From: Candidatus Phosphitivorax anaerolimi
GTDB lineage: Bacteria; Desulfobacterota; Desulfomonilia; UBA1062
Direction of reading: 5' to 3'
Assembly: GCA_001896555.1 (NCBI GenBank)
Contig: MPOS01000011.1
Location: forward strand, 30,223 to 94,222
Length of the DNA: 64,000 bases
Shown here: in pieces, positions 57,650-64,000 of the stretch
Layout: the number at the start of each line of letters is the position of its first letter
Position numbering within the stretch: position 1 is the first letter of the stretch
Program-made: the position numbers and the translations under genes
Notes under the pieces: generated by a model
What the model saw: the letters and a program-made list of their open reading frames with translations, nothing else
Database searches by the model: none
Told to the model about the DNA's origin: nothing

Positions 57650-59869
57650 ATGAAAGCGAATGACCGCCGGAAAATACTGGTAATCCTTCTGCTGGCAGTG
57701 CTGTCGGCAGCGGTCTACTGGCAGGTGGCAGGCCATGGCTTCATCAACATGGACGATGCGATGTACGTTGCGGACAACCCGCACGTGCAGAAAGGCATTA
57801 CGGGGGAGGGGCTGTTCTGGGCCTTCGGGTTCGCCGACAGGGCATACTGGCATCCCGTCAGCTGGCTGTCCCACATGCTGGACTGCGAGCTGTTCGGCCT
57901 GGATCCGGGAATGCACCATCTCGTGAACGTTTTTTATCACATCATCAACGCGACGGTCCTGTTTCTCGCATTGAACATGATGACAGGGGCGTTGTGGCGA
58001 AGCGCCTTCGTCGCCGGAATGTTCGCGATGCACCCTGTCAATGTGGATACCGTTGCCTGGATTGCCGAGCGGAAGAACCTCGTGAGCACCCTGTTCTGGA
58101 TGCTCACGCTCCTGAGCTATGCCTGGTATGTTCGCAGGCAGACCACCTTCAGGTATCTTTCGGCCTTCGGGCTCTTCATTCTGGGCATACTCTCCAAGCC
58201 CATGCTCGTCACGCTCCCCTTTGTCCTTCTGCTTCTCGACTACTGGCCGCTGCAAAGGATGCCGCTCGGGTTCGGTCGCATCCGGGAGGACGGTGGTGGA
58301 GAAGGCCTGTTCTCGAGGCGTGGGCTGTCAGCCATGGCGAGACTCGTGTCCGAGAAGCTTCCCTTTCTCGCCGTGGCCCTGGTTGCCATCCATGTCTCGA
58401 TGATTTCCATGCACGGGCACGTGGACGTCATATCCACCGATGCCGTGAGCATGAAGCTCCGCTTGGAAAACGCCGTGGTTGCATATGTGCACTATCTCTG
58501 GAAAATGCTGTGGCCGTGGAACCTGACCGTCTACTACCCCTACCCCAAAAGCGTGCCGCTTGCCCACGTGATCTTCGCAGGCGCTGCCGTGGCTGCGGTC
58601 ACGGTCATGGTCCTTTCCAAGATCCGGAAATACCCTTATCTGGCGGTAGGCTGGCTCTGGTACCTGGGCGCCCTGGTGCCGGTGAGCGGGATCATCCAGG
58701 CAGGTCTGTGGCCGGCCATTGCCGAGCGGTGGATGTATGTCCCCGGCATCGGGCTGTTCATCATGGCCTCCTGGGGTGTGCGCGATCTTCTCTCGCGGCT
58801 GGAGAGCGGCAGGCAGCTGTACCGGTATGCCTCGCTCGCCGTGATCATGCTGCTTGCATTGCTCACGTTCCGCCAGGCAGGGTTCTGGAAAGATGATTTC
58901 ACGCTGTTCTCTCATGCCGTCTCCGTCAGTGAACGCAACAGCGTGGCTCACGGGAACCTGGCCGACTGGCACCTGGCGCAGGGTTCATACGAGGATGCGC
59001 ACAACCATTATCTCAAGGCCTTGGAGGCGAACCCCCTCGATCCGCTCATACACCGCAACTTTGCCGTAGCCCTGCTCAGGATGGGGAGATACGGCGAGTC
59101 CGTGCATCATTTCCGCATAGCTGCGAAGAAGTTCGCGCATGACGAGGACGTGCTCATCGGCCTGGGAACAGCCCTGGCAAGGCTGGGAGATCTGTCAGGG
59201 GCCATCGGGTCTTTCACCAGGGCACTGGACATAAATCCAGGCAATGCCCAGACCCATTTCAAGCTGGCCGTGGTCCTCGGTGAATCGGGCCGGATCGATG
59301 ATGCGGTGGATCACTATCGGGAGGCTTTGAGGCTGGAGCCGGGGTTCGAACAGGCCGGGAAGAATCTCGATCATCTGCTGGCTTTGTACGGGCAGCTCGA
59401 CTCGGCTGTCGCGCTGCTGCGGGAGAGGCTTCGCGATGAGCCGGGCAATGCGTCCCTCCATTACAGCCTGGGGGGCCTGCACGAGAAGAAAGGAAACTAT
59501 GCCGACGCCTCGGACGCGTACCGGAAATTCCTGTCTCTGAATCCCGACGGCGTTCAGGCCATGGAGCGGCTGGCCTTCATCCATTCCAGGGAAAACGACT
59601 TGCCCAGCGCCCTGTTCTGGCTCAGGGAAATGCTCAAGCGTGACCCGGGCAATCCCGGAATTCACTACAACATCGCCTGCGTGTACGCCAGGCAGGGAAA
59701 GGCGGACGAAGCACTGAAATGGCTCGGCAGCGCCGTGGAAAAAGGCTTTTCCGACCGAGGGCTCCTGGAGAGCGATCAGGATCTCGAGAGCCTCCGCGCC
59801 ACCGCACAATTTCGGGAGCTGGTGAGCAGGCTGGGATCGGAAGCGCCGGACGGCGGAACAGACGAGTAG
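57650..59869 (+). CDS. TMTC/PMT-like membrane protein (DUF1736) with a C-terminal TPR array, paralog 2.
   Basis: FINMDDAMYVADNPHVQ, FGLDPGMHHLVNVFYH and FAMHPVNVDTVAWIAERKNLVSTLFWMLTLLSY are colinear with paralog 1. C-terminal TPRs. Confidence 0.75.
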   Translation: MKANDRRKILVILLLAVLSAAVYWQVAGHGFINMDDAMYVADNPHVQKGITGEGLFWAFGFADRAYWHPVSWLSHMLDCELFGLDPGMHHLVNVFYHIINATVLFLALNMMTGALWRSAFVAGMFAMHPVNVDTVAWIAERKNLVSTLFWMLTLLSYAWYVRRQTTFRYLSAFGLFILGILSKPMLVTLPFVLLLLDYWPLQRMPLGFGRIREDGGGEGLFSRRGLSAMARLVSEKLPFLAVALVAIHVSMISMHGHVDVISTDAVSMKLRLENAVVAYVHYLWKMLWPWNLTVYYPYPKSVPLAHVIFAGAAVAAVTVMVLSKIRKYPYLAVGWLWYLGALVPVSGIIQAGLWPAIAERWMYVPGIGLFIMASWGVRDLLSRLESGRQLYRYASLAVIMLLALLTFRQAGFWKDDFTLFSHAVSVSERNSVAHGNLADWHLAQGSYEDAHNHYLKALEANPLDPLIHRNFAVALLRMGRYGESVHHFRIAAKKFAHDEDVLIGLGTALARLGDLSGAIGSFTRALDINPGNAQTHFKLAVVLGESGRIDDAVDHYREALRLEPGFEQAGKNLDHLLALYGQLDSAVALLRERLRDEPGNASLHYSLGGLHEKKGNYADASDAYRKFLSLNPDGVQAMERLAFIHSRENDLPSALFWLREMLKRDPGNPGIHYNIACVYARQGKADEALKWLGSAVEKGFSDRGLLESDQDLESLRATAQFRELVSRLGSEAPDGGTDE

Positions 59870-59891
59870 GCAAAAGGCCGGACTATACCGG

Positions 59892-60764
59892 CTACCGCCC
59901 GACCATCTCCCAGTAGGGCATATAGCTCTCTTTCAGCCTGAGCCCGCGGGCCTGGAGATAATTCTCGAAGATATCGCCCAGATATATGTGACGGTAGATG
60001 CGGTTCATGCACGCACACAGCGCCGTCACCCGGGGTTTGGCCGCTTCGAGCAGGTTCGCCATGGGCTTCCCTGACTTCTTGTGCCGCAGCACATCGTATT
60101 TGGTGAGCAGCTCTCCGATCCGGAAGTCTTTCTGGAGGTAGAGGACGCCCGTATCCTTGTCGGCAAAGACAGGCACCGCGCCGTAGTGGGTGGCGTGGTG
60201 GCGGATGTCGAGCTGCTTATCGCAGTCGTTGAACATGTTGCTCAGGGTTCTGAAGCTGGGGTGTCTGTTGAGCTTGAGCCAGTAGCGCAGGTCGGAGGGG
60301 CTCATGGCCACAGGCCTCCTCTGATCCACCTTGATGGGGGTGTACTCCGGCCTGTTGAGCAGCATGTAGATTTGGTTTGCGATGGCGCAGGATGCCTGGT
60401 ACATGTCTTCGTTCACCGCATCGAAGGCCTCTTTTGCCTCGAACACGCGCAGATCGAGGCTCGAATCGCTCCCCAGAGGGGAGTTGAACAGGCGCTCCAT
60501 GTGTTCCATCTGGTAGTAGGCGCCGGAGAGCTTTACCTCGACCGTGTAGTGCAGGAGCTGAATATAGGCTACTTCATTCTCCTGCTGCTGGGTGAGTTTT
60601 TCACCTGAGGAGGTCTCATAGTTGTTGATGTCGAAGTCTGCCGCAAGCTCTCGAAGGCCCCACCAGTAGTCCAGTGCGGTGCGGTCCTTATACTTCTCTT
60701 CCTTGTCTTTGCCGTGGCACCTGTGACGGTCTATGGTTTCCGGTTTCGGCATCCGACTCTCCAC
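59892..60764 (-). CDS. Hypothetical protein (290 aa), convergent with the glycosylation island.
   Basis: Long ORF with coding-like codon usage. I recognise no motif. Confidence 0.4.
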   Translation of the reverse strand: MESRMPKPETIDRHRCHGKDKEEKYKDRTALDYWWGLRELAADFDINNYETSSGEKLTQQQENEVAYIQLLHYTVEVKLSGAYYQMEHMERLFNSPLGSDSSLDLRVFEAKEAFDAVNEDMYQASCAIANQIYMLLNRPEYTPIKVDQRRPVAMSPSDLRYWLKLNRHPSFRTLSNMFNDCDKQLDIRHHATHYGAVPVFADKDTGVLYLQKDFRIGELLTKYDVLRHKKSGKPMANLLEAAKPRVTALCACMNRIYRHIYLGDIFENYLQARGLRLKESYMPYWEMVGR

Positions 60765-61043
60765 TGCTTCTCGGGATTCTGTCAGCGATCATCACTCTCT
60801 GATTCGCTCGACTTGTATGCTCGATGACCCTTCCAAAACCCCCTTGCAATAATGCATATCATCTCATGCACAGAAACGATAATTGTAATTACACAAAATC
60901 GGGAGTTCGGGCAACCGCTTTTCATCTAAGCGTGCCGGAGGCTCCTCCGGGGCAATCCCAGGTGCGAGCCGTTCGGCTGAGCCAGGCATGGGTCAATATA
61001 CAGTATTGCTTGACGTAAACCCTGGAAATGCCTTAGCCTGACA

Positions 61044-62426
61044 GTGAATGAAAGGAGAGGCAACGTGAACGATGCATACCGGAGCATACCCAAGGTCGAT
61101 GTCGTGTTGAAGGAGCCCGCGCTGGCGGAGCTGCCATATGCGCCCGAGCTGGTCAAGCGGGCGGTCAAGGACGCCCTGGAAAAGATCCGCGAGGCGATCG
61201 GATCGGGTGAGATCAGCCGGAGCCCGGATGCGTCGCAGGTCGCGGCCGGGGTTTCCGGCGAGCTGGTAAAGGTCTTGGAGACGGGTCTGAAAGAGGTGAT
61301 CAATGCCGCGGGCGTGGTAGTCTATACAAACCTGGGCAGGGCCCCCCTGGCGGATGAGGCCGTGGACGCCCTGGTCTCTGCGGCCCGGGGATACTCAGAC
61401 CTGGAGTTCGACCTGGAAAAGGGCTCGCGCGGGTCGCGGCAGAACCACATCCGGCCTCTCACCCGCTCCTGCTTCGGGGCCGAGGACGCCCTGGTGGTGA
61501 ACAACAACGCCGCCGCCGTGCTGCTGGTTCTGAACACACTTGCACGAGGAAAGGAGGTCATCGTGTCCCGGGGCGAGCTGGTGGAGATCGGGGGCTCATT
61601 CCGCATGCCCGAGGTCATGAGCATGAGCGGGGCCGTGATGCGCGAGGTGGGCGCCACCAACAAGACCAGGCTCTCCGACTACCGCTCAGCCATCACGGAC
61701 AACACCGGGCTCATCGTCAAGGTGCATCGGAGCAACTTCTCCATCGTAGGCTTCACCGACGAGGTTGAGATCCGCGAGCTCTCCGGCCTGGCCAGGGAGT
61801 TCGGCATCCCGCTCTATGTAGACATGGGCTCTGGCATTCCCTTCGATCTTTCCCCCTACGGCATCCCGGACGAGTGGACCATACCGGGCTGCCTTGAATT
61901 TTCCGACGTGCTCTCCTTCAGCGGCGATAAGGTCCTGGGCGGACCGCAGGCAGGCATCATCCTGGGTAAGTCCGGGCTCATCGGGCAGATGGCCGCCAAC
62001 CCCCTGCACCGGGCCATACGTATCGACAAGCTCGGCATCGCATCTCTGGGCGCCACACTCAGGCTCCTCGCAAAGGGAAGGTATCACGACATCCCGGTCC
62101 TGCGGATGATCATGGAGGACATAACCAGCGTGCGCGCACGGGCCGAGGAGCTGAAATCGCTCCTGAACATAGAGCATGCCGAGATAGTTCCCACCCGGGC
62201 CGTAGTGGGCGGCGGTTCCGCCCCGACCAAGAGCTTTCCCTCATATGGACTGATGATCACCTCGCCGCTGGCGGTCGCTGTTCACACGCGGCTGCGCAGA
62301 GGAAAACCCGCCGTGGTGGCCCGGATAGAGGAGGACCGGCTCATCTTCGACATGAAGGCCGTTGATTCCTCTCTCATCCCGGTGCTGGCTGAAAAGATCC
62401 GCGAGGCCTTCGACCATGGGTTTTAA
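61044..62426 (+). CDS. selA: L-seryl-tRNA(Sec) selenium transferase.
   Basis: SelA architecture of 460 aa: VVNNNAAAVLLVLNTLARGKEVIVSRGELVEIGGSFR and the PLP lysine region. Confidence 0.85.
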   Translation: MNERRGNVNDAYRSIPKVDVVLKEPALAELPYAPELVKRAVKDALEKIREAIGSGEISRSPDASQVAAGVSGELVKVLETGLKEVINAAGVVVYTNLGRAPLADEAVDALVSAARGYSDLEFDLEKGSRGSRQNHIRPLTRSCFGAEDALVVNNNAAAVLLVLNTLARGKEVIVSRGELVEIGGSFRMPEVMSMSGAVMREVGATNKTRLSDYRSAITDNTGLIVKVHRSNFSIVGFTDEVEIRELSGLAREFGIPLYVDMGSGIPFDLSPYGIPDEWTIPGCLEFSDVLSFSGDKVLGGPQAGIILGKSGLIGQMAANPLHRAIRIDKLGIASLGATLRLLAKGRYHDIPVLRMIMEDITSVRARAEELKSLLNIEHAEIVPTRAVVGGGSAPTKSFPSYGLMITSPLAVAVHTRLRRGKPAVVARIEEDRLIFDMKAVDSSLIPVLAEKIREAFDHGF

Positions 62427-63330
62427 GCTGGGAGTGGCCCTGGGCGGGGGAGGGGTGCGCGGGCTTGCCAACATCGGGGTCATGCAGGCGCTCTTCGACG
62501 CCGGCATTGTGCCCGACATGGTCGCCGGCACGAGCATGGGCGCCATCGTGGGCGCCCTCTATGCCGACACCCTCGATATCGCAAAAACCCGCGAGATCGT
62601 CTGCGGCGCGCTCTGTTCCGAAGATTTTCAGAAAAAGGCCCGGCGCCTCGCATCATCGCCGGGCGACGAGCAGGGGCTCTTCGATCAGATCTACGGCAAG
62701 GCCCGCAAAGGCTACCTGTTCTACCGGTTCCTGTTCATGAAGTCCATGATTCCCGCCGGGGTCTTCTTTGCCGGGGTGGACGATCTCATCCCTGACAAGG
62801 ATTTCTCCGAGCTCAAACTGCCCTTTGCCTGCATGGCCCTGGACATCGTGTCCGGATATCCCGAGATCCTGCGCTCGGGTTCTGTCCGGCAGGCGGTCCG
62901 TGCATCGAGCTCGGTGCCGGGCATGCTGCCCCCGGTTCAGATCGGCCGGAGCAGATATGTAGACGGCGGCTGGGCTGAGCGGGTCCCGGTGTCAGCGGCC
63001 CGGTTTCTCGGGGCGGACTTCGTGCTGGGTGTCGATGTGTCGCGCGAGACCGCACTGCTCGAGTACGATGAACAGATCCGCAACAGCATGGACGTTCTCT
63101 TCCGCGCGGACGACATTGCCCGGGCGCTGATGAACACGCTGCGCATCCGTCAGGCCGACTTTGTGATCTACCCCGAGGTGGGCGACGCACCGTGGTCGGA
63201 TTTCAGCAACATCGAGGAATACATAACCGCAGGCTACCAGGCCGCGGCCCGGGCCGTGCCCGCCCTGAAGAAGGCGATGCGCACAGCGAGGATCAAGAGG
63301 TTCCTGTGGAAAAGGCGCTCGATGTCATAG
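62416..63330 (+). CDS. Patatin-like phospholipase.
   Basis: GGGVRG oxyanion motif and GTSMG nucleophile elbow. The start overlaps the selA stop. Confidence 0.8.
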   Translation: MGFKLGVALGGGGVRGLANIGVMQALFDAGIVPDMVAGTSMGAIVGALYADTLDIAKTREIVCGALCSEDFQKKARRLASSPGDEQGLFDQIYGKARKGYLFYRFLFMKSMIPAGVFFAGVDDLIPDKDFSELKLPFACMALDIVSGYPEILRSGSVRQAVRASSSVPGMLPPVQIGRSRYVDGGWAERVPVSAARFLGADFVLGVDVSRETALLEYDEQIRNSMDVLFRADDIARALMNTLRIRQADFVIYPEVGDAPWSDFSNIEEYITAGYQAAARAVPALKKAMRTARIKRFLWKRRSMS

Positions 63331-64000
63331 TCGACAGTGGACAGGAAGATGCTCGGCTCGATGTCTTTCTCTCCCGCAGCCTGGGTGTCACCCGCACCTC
63401 GGCGGCGCGAGCCGTCGAAGAAGGGCTGGTCCTGGTGGACGGCAGGCCGAGAAAGCCCTCGTTCAGGCTGAAAGCAGGCATGCGAATCGAGGCGGAAGCC
63501 TTCGGGGAAAAAGAGGCTGATACCAGTCTGGAGGCTGTGGACATCCCCTTGAACATCCTCTATGAGGACCGGGACATCATCGTGCTGGACAAGCCCGCTG
63601 GACTGGTGGTCCATCCTGGGGCCGGAGTGCACAGGGCAACCCTGGTGCACGCGCTCCTGCATCAGTATCCCGAGATCGCAGGTGTGGGGAGCCCGGAGAG
63701 GCCCGGGATCGTGCACCGGCTCGACAGGCTGACCTCAGGCGTCATGGTGATCGCCCGATCGTCCGGGGCGTATGACGTTCTGATCACGGCCTTCAAGGAG
63801 CACCGGCATACCCGCGTCTACCAGGCGATCTGCTATGGCCGCATGGGCGGGCAGAGCGGCCGGATCGAGACCTTTATGGACCGGCACCCGAAGGACCGGA
63901 AAAAGATGAGCTCCAAGGTCGTGCAGGGAAGGCGGGCTGTCACCGACTGGCGGGTGATCAGGCAGTGGGAGCAGTTTTCCTTCCTGGAGCTCACGCTCCA
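63307..64000 (+). CDS. RluA/RluD-family pseudouridine synthase, 3'-truncated by the window end. GTG start.
   Basis: S4-like N-terminus, then VLDKPAGLVVHPGAG and the catalytic HRLDRLTSGVMVIAR. The frame is open to 64000. It is not in the supplied ORF table because it lacks an ATG start. Confidence 0.6.

Noticed and set aside
1-64000. CRISPR arrays, rRNA and tRNA genes, and transposases or integrases anywhere in the window.
   Set aside because: No short regularly spaced direct repeats with unique spacers. No rRNA-like conserved stretches or tRNA cloverleaf candidates. The only strong tandem repeats are coding (PAS and PD40 modules).

Overview
This is a 64 kb, high-GC (about 60%), densely coding chromosomal segment. 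I see no rRNA, tRNA, CRISPR array, transposase or integrase. Gene content is consistent with an anaerobic Deltaproteobacteria/Desulfobacterota-type organism: reduced PTS, selA, several TMTC-like TPR membrane proteins, many PAS signalling proteins. That placement is inference only.

Left third (1-17.8 kb), mostly housekeeping:
- two PAS histidine kinases, one a hybrid with an N-terminal receiver
- era and der
- trpB2 plus a coupled Cys-rich small ORF
- a CheD-HDOD fusion, a Gx-transporter-family protein, sppA, tldD, smpB, an RseC-like protein
- ptsI, ptsH and an orphan PTS IID component
- nth

Middle (17.8-45 kb), accessory envelope region:
- an OM barrel plus lipoprotein pair
- a large duplicated lipoprotein and an MMPL exporter / LolA-like / DUF1302-like cluster. 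Both are preceded by an identical 21-bp palindromic, Fur-box-like operator.
- a DUF559 gene
- a LuxR-family regulator built from eight tandem PAS modules (360-bp DNA repeats)
- a sigma54-driven operon (about 34.8-42.6 kb). It encodes four secreted proteins that share a conserved mature-N-terminal motif, two of them tandem paralogs with WGDxDG repeats. It also encodes a membrane-anchored C39-family cysteine peptidase, a coiled-coil OM barrel and a FadL-like OM channel. This operon is my best candidate for an undescribed secretion/processing system.
- a PD40-repeat lipoprotein

Right third (45-60 kb), a glycosylation island:
- bracketed by two TMTC/PMT-like (DUF1736 + TPR) membrane proteins
- gmd and fcl
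- two DPM1/GtrB-like GT2 enzymes, one fused to a methyltransferase
- a WecE-like aminotransferase and a WecD-like acetyltransferase
- three further SAM methyltransferases

The window ends with selA, a patatin-like phospholipase and a 3'-truncated RluD-like gene.
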